Assembly (NCBI GenBank): GCA_021816865.1
Contig: JAKAWX010000001.1
Span: 124,739-188,738, forward strand
DNA from: Thermoplasmata archaeon
GTDB taxonomy: Archaea; Thermoplasmatota; Thermoplasmata; Lutacidiplasmatales; UBA184
Length of the DNA stretch: 64,000 bases
Direction of reading: 5' to 3'
The translations under genes were made by a program, and so were the position numbers. Numbering within the stretch: position 1 is the first letter of the stretch; each line of letters opens with the position of its first letter. Below the pieces are notes generated by a model, which saw only the letters and a list, made by a program, of their open reading frames with translations, did no database searches and was not told where the DNA came from. Positions 38,573 to 45,089 of the stretch are shown here, in pieces.

Positions 38573-39652
38573 GTGCAGCAGCAGAAGGGGGGCGGCTTTA
38601 GGCGTTTCGCGCAGACGCCCGTCGGCAAAGCCTCGCTGATCGCTATCGCCATTCTGCTAACGTTCGCCTCCTACGTCTACGTGAGCGCCCTCGTTGCGAT
38701 ACCCGCGATCCTTCTGTTCGGCCTCGCGCTCCCGATCTGGGGCGGGCTCAAGCGTCCCCGGTACCTCGCGCTCTCGGGTCTCGTGATCCTCCTGATCGTC
38801 GCGCCGGTCTCCTCGCTCGTGATCACCCAGGACATCCGGGCGCCGGTAGCGCTCGCGAGCTCGCTCACCGACATCACCGGCACCGGAGGGAACGCGCTGA
38901 TGCAGAACGCTTCGGTGAGTCCCTACACGGGCACGACCTCTACGGACTTCACCTGGCAGGTCACCATCTTCCCTCAGGGGATCCCGAAGGGCAATTCCTC
39001 TCCCCTCTGGCTGAACCTCTACGTCAGCACCTGTCCGGGTGCCACGAGCAACGTCTCCGTGCCGAGCTGGTGCTCGGCGGGTTTCCCCTTCCATCTCCTG
39101 AACTACACGTTCGCGGGCAACCTCACCGCTCCCCTCACCCGCACGTTCAACTACACGATCGGCGCGAACGGCATCTGGGACTGGCAGATGGGGATCTACA
39201 CGCGCAACCTCACGACCGGCAAGCTGTTCTACCAGACCCTGGTCGGCGACCCGACGTATAACGGCATCGAGGGCCCCGTGGTCGGGGACTTCGCGACCAC
39301 GTACTTCGCGCTCCTCCCGACCCTCTATCTGGACGGCTTCCTCTTCCTGGGTGCCCCCTTCTACGTTGTGCTCGTCAGCTACATGTTCTTCAAGAACCGC
39401 GAGGCCCGCCGTAAGCAGGCGCGCGATCGCGCGCCCGAATCGATCCCGCCCTCCGGAGGGCCGTCGGACGGGGCCGCCGCGGGGTCCACCGGTCCCACGC
39501 TGAGCCTCCCTCCGCCCGGAGGGGCCCCATCGCCTGCGGTTAAGGAGCGAACCTGCCCCAACTGCAACGCGGTGGTGTACGAGAACGAGGCGAACTGTTG
39601 GAAGTGCGGTGCAAGCCTCACGTCCGGTAGCACCCCCCTTCCTTCGGGGTAG
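38573..39652 (+). CDS. membrane glycoprotein-like protein with a cytoplasmic C-terminal zinc ribbon
   Basis: N-terminal TMs (ASLIAIAILLTFASYVYVSALVAIPAILLFGLALPIW...), an ectodomain with sequons (NAS, NSS, NVS, NYT, NLT), a TM (LFLGAPFYVVLVSYMFF), a Pro/Gly-rich linker, then CPNCNAVVYENEANCWKCG. I chose the GTG at 38573 so the ORF clears apgM. Track ORF starts at 38054. Confidence 0.6.
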   Translation: MQQQKGGGFRRFAQTPVGKASLIAIAILLTFASYVYVSALVAIPAILLFGLALPIWGGLKRPRYLALSGLVILLIVAPVSSLVITQDIRAPVALASSLTDITGTGGNALMQNASVSPYTGTTSTDFTWQVTIFPQGIPKGNSSPLWLNLYVSTCPGATSNVSVPSWCSAGFPFHLLNYTFAGNLTAPLTRTFNYTIGANGIWDWQMGIYTRNLTTGKLFYQTLVGDPTYNGIEGPVVGDFATTYFALLPTLYLDGFLFLGAPFYVVLVSYMFFKNREARRKQARDRAPESIPPSGGPSDGAAAGSTGPTLSLPPPGGAPSPAVKERTCPNCNAVVYENEANCWKCGASLTSGSTPLPSG

Positions 39653-39863
39653 GGCCTTCGCCCCGCGTTCCCCCCCGGGTCGGGCGAGCACCGACCTGCC
39701 ATCAGATCAAGGTCTCTTGCATTTCGGAGCACTGCGGGTGTGCCCGACGTACTCCAACTGCGCCTACGGGGATTCGTTTGGCCCGAGCCTCAGAACCGCT
39801 TGGGCGGCCTCGTATCCTCGCTGACGCCCGCTCATGCCCTCCGCCGCCAAGGCCGGAGGTAGC

Positions 39864-41537
39864 TCACGAGACCCTTTGTGCCCGCGGAGCCGATTCCTCC
39901 ACGATCAGTCGAGCCGCGACCGCAATCGGTGGGAGGTCGTTGTTCGGAGTCGACCCCCGAGCCGGGATCGCCGGACCGGCCTGCGAAATCGTCCCCATCG
40001 GTCCCGAGATCGCGAACGTGGCGGAGCAGGTAGGGCCGGAACCGGTCGCCGAGTTGGAAAGGACTGCTTCAAAACAGAACCCTCCGGAATCCCCGGTGCC
40101 GGTCGTCACGATCGCCCAGTACGTACCGGGTCCTCCGTAGCCGCTGTATGAGCTCAGTGAGATCGAGATCATGGCGTTCGGACCGTTCGCCGACTGTCGG
40201 GCGGAACCGAGACTCGGGGTTCCCCCCATACCGGTCCCCATTTGGTAGACCGGCTGTGGCCCGCTGGTCGTCCCGTCCGATTCGAATACGTTGACGTAGT
40301 TGTAGTTGTTCCACTGATTGTTCGATACGGAGAAAGTGAACACCGTCTGCTGGTTCTGGTTAAGGGAGCACGCGGTGACCGTGCCGAAGGACGTCGCGAT
40401 CGTCTGACCCGAACAGGAGGGGGTCGGAGCACTGACCGTGATGGTGACCGAGGTGGAGGCGACATTCGCCTTCGAGTCCGTCACACTGAGCGTCGCAAGG
40501 AACGTCCCTGCGGTCGTGTAGGTGTGGCTCGGGTTCTGAAGGGCACTCGCGCCCCCGTCGCCAAAGTTCCACGAATAGGTGAACGGACCAGTCCCCCCGC
40601 TCTGGGTCGTGGCGAAGGTGACCGTCAGGGGATAGACTCCCGAGGTCGGCTGGGCCGTGATGCTGACGTAGAGCTGGCCGGTGGGTCCCGAAACGCGGAT
40701 CGTGACGGCCGCTGCCGTGGTCTGGCCGGCGGACCCGGAGGCGTTGACGAATCCGGTGAACGTGCCCGGCCCCGCAGCGCCGGAGGTGGCGTTGTAGGTC
40801 CATTGGCCCTGGTACAGCACCATCTTAACCGGATTGCTGGGAAGGCCCGGTACGGTAGCGAGGTTGGCGTAGACCGAGTTCGGCTTCACTCCCCCGGTGA
40901 TCGTGGCGTAGACGGAGAAGGGCGCGCCCTGGGCGACGGGAGTAGACGACACCCAAGTGGACGTGATCACCGGCGGGGTGACGATCTTCTGGCCCGGAAG
41001 GACGACGCTGTAGAGGAGCTGGCTCCCGCTCACAACGTACACGGTGATGTTGTCGGGCAAGGGGTCGGTCGTGGGCGTTCCACAGATCGACGTGAAGGAG
41101 CGAGACCAGGTCTGACCAAGGTTCCAGGTGGACGTACTGATGCCCGATCCCACCGTCATCGACGTGGAGAACGGGCAGCTGTTCGGATACGCGGCCGATT
41201 TGAGGTAGATCAGCCCCGTCGAGGCGACCGCGGGACCGGTGAGGTGGGTGATGTTGATACCGCTCACCGCGGTTCCGCCGGGCGCCAACACGAGGTTCGC
41301 CTGGAACTGGTTCGCGTTTTGAGGTGGGGGGGACGGGAACGAGGTCACGAAGGCGAAGATCGAAGCGAACAACGTGACCGTGAGTGCCAAGAGGAGGATC
41401 GTCGCGACAACGTCAGAAACCCCGCGGCGCGAACGGTGTCGGTGGATCGACGGCCTTCCGCGAGCGCTCTGAACCGGAGTCACCCCCAACGGCGCGGGTT
41501 CCGGTGACGAGACCTGACCTGAGCGGGACACAACCAA
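39864..41537 (-). CDS. class III signal peptide (archaeal type IV pilin-like) protein with a PKD domain
   Basis: RRGVSDVVATILLLALTVTLFASIFAFV matches the archaeal pilin N-terminal (DUF1628-type) pattern. The PKD signature is GTGPFTYSWNFGDGGASALQNPSHTYTTAGTFLATLSVTDS. The TTG start is uncertain. Confidence 0.7.
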   Translation of the reverse strand: MVVSRSGQVSSPEPAPLGVTPVQSARGRPSIHRHRSRRGVSDVVATILLLALTVTLFASIFAFVTSFPSPPPQNANQFQANLVLAPGGTAVSGINITHLTGPAVASTGLIYLKSAAYPNSCPFSTSMTVGSGISTSTWNLGQTWSRSFTSICGTPTTDPLPDNITVYVVSGSQLLYSVVLPGQKIVTPPVITSTWVSSTPVAQGAPFSVYATITGGVKPNSVYANLATVPGLPSNPVKMVLYQGQWTYNATSGAAGPGTFTGFVNASGSAGQTTAAAVTIRVSGPTGQLYVSITAQPTSGVYPLTVTFATTQSGGTGPFTYSWNFGDGGASALQNPSHTYTTAGTFLATLSVTDSKANVASTSVTITVSAPTPSCSGQTIATSFGTVTACSLNQNQQTVFTFSVSNNQWNNYNYVNVFESDGTTSGPQPVYQMGTGMGGTPSLGSARQSANGPNAMISISLSSYSGYGGPGTYWAIVTTGTGDSGGFCFEAVLSNSATGSGPTCSATFAISGPMGTISQAGPAIPARGSTPNNDLPPIAVAARLIVEESAPRAQRVS

Positions 41538-41566
41538 TCTCTCTGAACATATCAGGCGGGGGTCGG

Positions 41567-41574
41567 TTATTTAG
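41567..41574 (-). promoter_or_regulatory. TATA-like box (CTAAATAA on the minus strand) about 34 nt upstream of the 41537 start
   Basis: The plus strand reads TTATTTAG, the only AT-rich patch near the start. Confidence 0.4.
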
Positions 41575-41997
41575 ACGTTATCGTGGGCTACCCGGAGCCT
41601 CGTATCCGGACTGGGCGACGCAAGGACCTTCGCGCCCAACGCATCTTGTCGAGTACCGGGACTCCGCACCCCGCTTCTGACGAGTGCCGTACGGCTCAAA
41701 CCCCGAGCGAGTGGAAGGGTCCGAGATCTGGGGTGTTCGGCGGGGCCCCGGCTTGAGCCATCCGCGAACCGCCTGGGGACGCGATAGTAGCCGGGTGCGA
41801 TCTGGGCGTGACCCCTGTCGCGTAGAAGCGGCGGTACGAAGCCGCATCGGGCGCAGCGGTAGGGGCACTGGTCGAGGCGCCGGGTCGACGCCATCGAGAC
41901 TAGCCCACACTGTCGTTGATGAGAAAGGGGTAGGAAGTGGTTAGCCGCAACCCCACCCGCCTTCACGGGGAGGTTGGCCTGCTCTATCCCAGGAGCC

Positions 41998-42555
41998 CTA
42001 CGGCAGCGCGACGCTGGTCGTGCCCTGGAGAGCCCCGGTGCCGGCTGCGATTAAGTCGTCGCCCGATACCGAGATGCTCGTGTAGAGGACCAAGGTGTCG
42101 GTGCTGGCGAATGTAACCGGAAGCGAGCCTCCGCTCCAGGTGCCCGCCGTGAAGTTGAACGCGGCGAGCGTCGTTCCGGTCAGACTCAGTATCGTGACCG
42201 TTGCGCCTCCAGGCATCGAGACGGGGGAACCCCCGCTCTGCACGGTAAACTTGACGTTCGCCGTGGTTACGGTGGAGCTCGCGGACGCGATGCCCACCGA
42301 GTAGCAGTGGCCGGCCGGCGGAGACGCGCCGCAGGGACTGGTCGCGCTTCCGCTAGACTGCTGAGCCACTCCGTAGCCGAAAGCGCTACCAATGGGTGTG
42401 GAACCAGGGCCCTTCGTCAGTCCGGAGATCAGTACGTACAAGACGGCAGCCAGCACGACCGTGATCGCGACGAGCAAAATCGTCGCGATGATCGGCGACA
42501 CACCGCGCTTGCGCGCCTTTCTCCAGCTTCGTTCTCTCTTGCCAAAGACGTTCAT
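41998..42555 (-). CDS. archaeal type IV pilin-like protein (class III signal peptide)
   Basis: MNVFGKRERSWRKARKRGVSPIIATILLVAITVVLAAVLYVLISGL is a canonical KRG|VSP prepilin-peptidase-type site followed by a hydrophobic helix. Length 185 aa. GGAGG lies 11-15 nt upstream of the ATG (complement of 42566-42570). Confidence 0.75.
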   Translation of the reverse strand: MNVFGKRERSWRKARKRGVSPIIATILLVAITVVLAAVLYVLISGLTKGPGSTPIGSAFGYGVAQQSSGSATSPCGASPPAGHCYSVGIASASSTVTTANVKFTVQSGGSPVSMPGGATVTILSLTGTTLAAFNFTAGTWSGGSLPVTFASTDTLVLYTSISVSGDDLIAAGTGALQGTTSVALP

Positions 42556-42613
42556 TCTCGCTTTTCCTCCGAGGGTCGTTAGACCCGCGGGTGACGCTAT
42601 GGCAAAGCGCCAC

Positions 42614-42622
42614 TATTTAAAA
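42614..42622 (-). promoter_or_regulatory. TATA box (TTTTAAATA on the minus strand) about 60 nt upstream of the pilin ATG
   Basis: The plus strand reads TATTTAAAA within a stretch of about 40% G+C. It is followed by a leader that contains a GGAGG Shine-Dalgarno sequence. Confidence 0.45.
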
Positions 42623-42651
42623 CATGACGTTGATTGAACGACAAACATCGA

Positions 42652-42669
42652 CATGTGATTCGTCACATG
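42652..42669. repeat. perfect 7-bp inverted repeat with a TTCG spacer (CATGTGA-TTCG-TCACATG)
   Basis: Read directly from the sequence. It lies inside the AT-rich patch. A 10-bp palindrome, ACGCATGCGT, follows at 42692-42701. Confidence 0.7.
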
Positions 42670-43297
42670 CCGAACTAACCTGTAACTGCGCACGCATGCG
42701 TATCAATGCCGTCCGCCCGAGTCTCTCGGGCCCTCATGACCGCATTCCGCGAAGGTCAGGGTTCGGGGACCCTGCGCTGGCTGAACCCCTTGGCGCGAGT
42801 ACGGGCCCTAAGTATAGGGTTGCCATGACCCGAAGCCAAACGTGGACGGGCGATCTGGACCTCGGGCGCTCCCGGTCGAGGCGGCGCCGAGCGATGCGGG
42901 ACGCCCCACCTGGACACGCGTGGACTCGAACGGATACCATACGCACGTCCCCCGCCGCGCACGCACCTCTTCGCGCTGTCCGTGGACCGGCGGCCGATAA
43001 CCAGTCGGCCTCGGTTTACCCCATCCGCCGTAGTGAATGCCCTAGCTCATCGGACCGACCCGTCCAGCGCTGGGGCTCCCGTTGTTTGGACGTGGCAAGG
43101 AGTCGATCGACCGGGACCGCTGTGGGGGATTCCGCCTCGAATAGGTCGACGCGACGAGATCGCTCAACTTTTGGGAGCGAGATACTCCTTCAGCCCTCCT
43201 TGGCCCGCGGCGCTCGGCCCGGGCGTAAAGGAACCCGAGTCGCCGACCGGGCCGGCCCTTTACCTCGCAGGTCCCCGACACTACACGGTAGACGAGA

Positions 43298-43308
43298 GTC
43301 GAACGGGC
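43298..43308. repeat. left arm (GTCGAACGGGC) of an 11-nt inverted repeat; the partner is at 43404-43414
   Basis: It is the exact reverse complement of GCCCGTTCGAC at 43404-43414. Both arms are followed by CCAATC. Confidence 0.7.
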
Positions 43309-43403
43309 CCAATCAAACGTCGTCCCGCGTAGTGCACGCGTACTTCACGCGTCTTGGACGGGTCTCGCAGAGCCGGTTATACTGAGCGGTTCTTCGAAGC
43401 TCA

Positions 43404-43436
43404 GCCCGTTCGACCAATCGAACAACTTGTTCGACA
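43404..43436. repeat. cluster of nested palindromes with a GTTCGAC core
   Basis: GCCCGTTCGAC is the right arm of the 11-mer inverted repeat. GTTCGA-CCAA-TCGAAC spans 43408-43423 and CGAACAA-C-TTGTTCG spans 43419-43433. The 9-mer TGTTCGACA (43428-43436) recurs at 43533-43541, over the RHH start codon. Confidence 0.7.
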
Positions 43437-43495
43437 CGTCAGGAATCGTCCTGAATCGGGCTACGGCTTTGTGCTCTCAGCGCGACGGCCGCGCG

Positions 43496-43503
43496 TTTAA
43501 GTA
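43496..43503 (+). promoter_or_regulatory. TATA box TTTAAGTA about 30 nt upstream of the GTG at 43532 (leaderless RHH gene)
   Basis: The element TTTAAGTAGAGGGAC is nearly identical to the promoter element at 25690. Confidence 0.5.
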
Positions 43504-43531
43504 GAGGGACTTTACATGACTCTGCTCGGCT

Positions 43532-44035
43532 GTGTTCGACAACGCTCCAGAGACGGGATCTGAGCGCTCCCGCGCCCAGAATGCCTCCCGGAAGGAAGCC
43601 GAGGACGCGCGCATCGCCCTACGGTGCAACCTGAAGGAGCTCCAGTTGGTCGACTCGTTCGTGGCGAGCGGCGAGTACCCGACCCGATCGGAGCTCATGC
43701 GGGCGGCGCTGCACGCGTTCCTGCGCTCCCGAGCGACGCCGACCGCGCCGACGACGCCGGCCGCCGACGCCGAGGGCCTTGTCGAGGTCCCCGTGCGACT
43801 GCGACCGGAAGAGTACGCGGCCCTCGAGACCTACAGTCGCCACGTCGCGAACGGCCGTCCCGTGCGAGACATTCTCGCCGAGATGGTCCGCCGCGGAGAG
43901 ATGGAGATGAAGGTCCACGAGCTCGTCCACCGCGCCCGGGCGACCGTGCGCGAGGCGGCGGAGACCCGAACCCAGGTCGGAGCGCTCAGCGAGAGCGGCA
44001 AGGACCTGGAGCGAAAGGGGGTCGTCGGTCGGTAG
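43532..44035 (+). CDS. ribbon-helix-helix (CopG/Arc/MetJ-type) DNA-binding protein with two RHH motifs
   Basis: RHH motif 1: RIALRCNLKELQLVDSFVASGEYPTRSELMRAALHAFL. RHH-like motif 2: VEVPVRLRPEEYAALETYSRHVANGRPVRDILAEMVRRGE. A Thr/Pro/Ala linker joins them. Length 167 aa. Confidence 0.7.
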   Translation: MFDNAPETGSERSRAQNASRKEAEDARIALRCNLKELQLVDSFVASGEYPTRSELMRAALHAFLRSRATPTAPTTPAADAEGLVEVPVRLRPEEYAALETYSRHVANGRPVRDILAEMVRRGEMEMKVHELVHRARATVREAAETRTQVGALSESGKDLERKGVVGR

Positions 44036-44070
44036 CGCCCGAGAGTTGGAGACACATCCGAGGGGGGGTT

Positions 44071-44997
44071 GTGGGAACCTACGAGGCCGAGCGAACGAAG
44101 AGCGACCGAAGCGCCATGCCGGGCTACGGCGAGCCGGACGACGCGAGCTGGGAGAACCGGCTGCGTCTCGGCCAGGATGTCCGATTCGTCCTGGCGGCCG
44201 TTGGTGGCGGGGCGATCCGAGTCGGAAGGGAGATCGCGCGCCAGCACATCCGGCACCTCGAGACGGTCGCGATCAATTGCGACCCCAAGGTCCAAGGATT
44301 CGACGAGTTCGACCGGCGGGTCTACCTCGGCCCCGACACCGGCATCGACACCGACACCGGAGGCTCGCCCATGGTCGGGGGTCTCCTGGCGCGGGCGGCC
44401 GAGCCGGCGCTCCAGCGGATCTTCCACGGCGCGACGTTCGTCATCGTTATCGGAAGCCTCGGCGGCGGTGCCGGGAGCGGCGCGTTGCCGTACGTGCTGG
44501 AGGTCGCCTCCCGCAACGCCGAGGTCGTGAGCGCTTTCGTGATCAAGCCGTTCCGCTGCGAAGGTGAGCGTCGGGCGCTCGCCGATCGGGCGATCGGCCG
44601 GCTCCACTTCGTGGAGTCGTTCGTCGAGAAGCGCGAACGCGGCTTCGCCACCCTCCAGACGCTCGACAACGAGAGCCTCGCTCGCACCCAGGGAGGCCTC
44701 GCCTTCACGCACGTGAGCCAGCACTGGGCCTCCATGATCGAAGAGCACATCGAGCGGTCGTTCCTCGCACCGGCGGAAGCGCTCCTCGAGACGCTCCAAA
44801 TGAGCCAGTCGGTCGAGCAGGGGCCCGTCAACCGGATCCCGCCGGCCGAGGTTCCCGCGGTCGGATTCCCTCCGCACGGCCCGGCCCCCCCGATGCCCGA
44901 GGGCCCGCCGATCCTGCCCGCGATCCACATGATGGACCTCGAAGCCGAGCTCGAGTTCGAGATCGAGCCGGGAGCTCGTCCCGCGCCGGCGCGCTGA
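44071..44997 (+). CDS. FtsZ/tubulin-superfamily GTPase, N-terminal GTPase domain only (no T7 loop or C-terminal subdomain), with a Pro-rich tail
   Basis: VLAAVGGGAIRVG, VAINCD, GGSPMVG, VIVIGSLGGGAGSGALP (tubulin signature), VIKPFRCEGERR, TLQTLDNESL. Together these are collinear with E. coli FtsZ residues about 10-200. The GTG at 44071 is preceded by GAGGGGGG. An alternative start is the ATG at 44116. Confidence 0.75.
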   Translation: MGTYEAERTKSDRSAMPGYGEPDDASWENRLRLGQDVRFVLAAVGGGAIRVGREIARQHIRHLETVAINCDPKVQGFDEFDRRVYLGPDTGIDTDTGGSPMVGGLLARAAEPALQRIFHGATFVIVIGSLGGGAGSGALPYVLEVASRNAEVVSAFVIKPFRCEGERRALADRAIGRLHFVESFVEKRERGFATLQTLDNESLARTQGGLAFTHVSQHWASMIEEHIERSFLAPAEALLETLQMSQSVEQGPVNRIPPAEVPAVGFPPHGPAPPMPEGPPILPAIHMMDLEAELEFEIEPGARPAPAR

Positions 44998-45089
44998 CGG
45001 GCCCACCCCCGCCGGGCAGGCCCCTCCGTCTGCTACGCCCGGCGGTACCGAATCAACCTTAAGTGCGGCCCGGGTTCCGGGATTCCTCG

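Larger units (their letters stand above)
42556..43531. other. intergenic region of about 976 bp with no convincing gene, between the divergent pilin and RHH genes
   Basis: The only ORFs here are Arg/Ser/Thr/Pro-rich and lack coding-like codon bias. The region holds an AT-rich patch, many palindromes and TCGAAC-core repeats. Confidence 0.6.

Noticed and set aside
41583-41908. An 8-nt terminal complementarity (GTGGGCTA / TAGCCCAC) spans about 326 nt, which suggests a closed structured RNA such as SRP or RNase P RNA.
   Set aside because: One 8-mer inverted match in a window of about 400 nt is roughly what chance predicts. I found no GGAAAGUCC-type RNase P P4 motif and no convincing SRP helix-8 or Alu-domain motifs on either strand.
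41571-41966. A minus-strand ORF lies in the 460-bp gap between the two pilin genes. Its first ~45 codons from the ATG at 41894 (MASTRRLDQCPYRCARCGFVPPLLRDRGH...) have coding-like GC3 and a CxxxC..CxxC pattern.
   Set aside because: Codon bias collapses after about 45 codons and the rest is Arg-rich. I see no TATA or SD upstream and recognise no family. It could be a gene remnant or a tiny zinc-finger ORF, but the evidence is insufficient to call it.
42600-42720. The AT-rich patch with flanking dyads could be a replication origin (DUE plus ORB-like repeats).
   Set aside because: No orc1/cdc6 gene is nearby and I recognise no ORB or mini-ORB consensus (GTTCCAGTGGAAAC-like). The patch coincides with the pilin promoter. 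I keep this only as a minor alternative within the intergenic-region finding.
42919-42940. tRNA-like T-arm strings occur here (GGACTCGAACGG, also AGTCGAACGGG at 43297 and CAGGGTTCGGGGACCCTG at 42757).
   Set aside because: None can be extended into a 5-bp T-stem with a 7-nt loop plus acceptor and anticodon arms. I found no tRNA cloverleaf anywhere in the window.
42624-43385. A 253-aa ORF fills most of the large intergenic region.
   Set aside because: It is Arg/Ser/Thr/Pro-rich and low-complexity (…RSRSRRRRAMRDAPPGHAWTRTDTIRTSP…). It has no GC3 bias like the neighbouring genes and no recognisable motif, promoter or SD. Long stop-free frames are expected in GC-rich DNA.
43586-43606. CCCGGAAGGAAGCCGAGG resembles the SRP RNA helix-8 GGAA-loop region.
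   Set aside because: It lies inside the RHH coding frame (…SRKEAED…) and has no flanking SRP-like helices.
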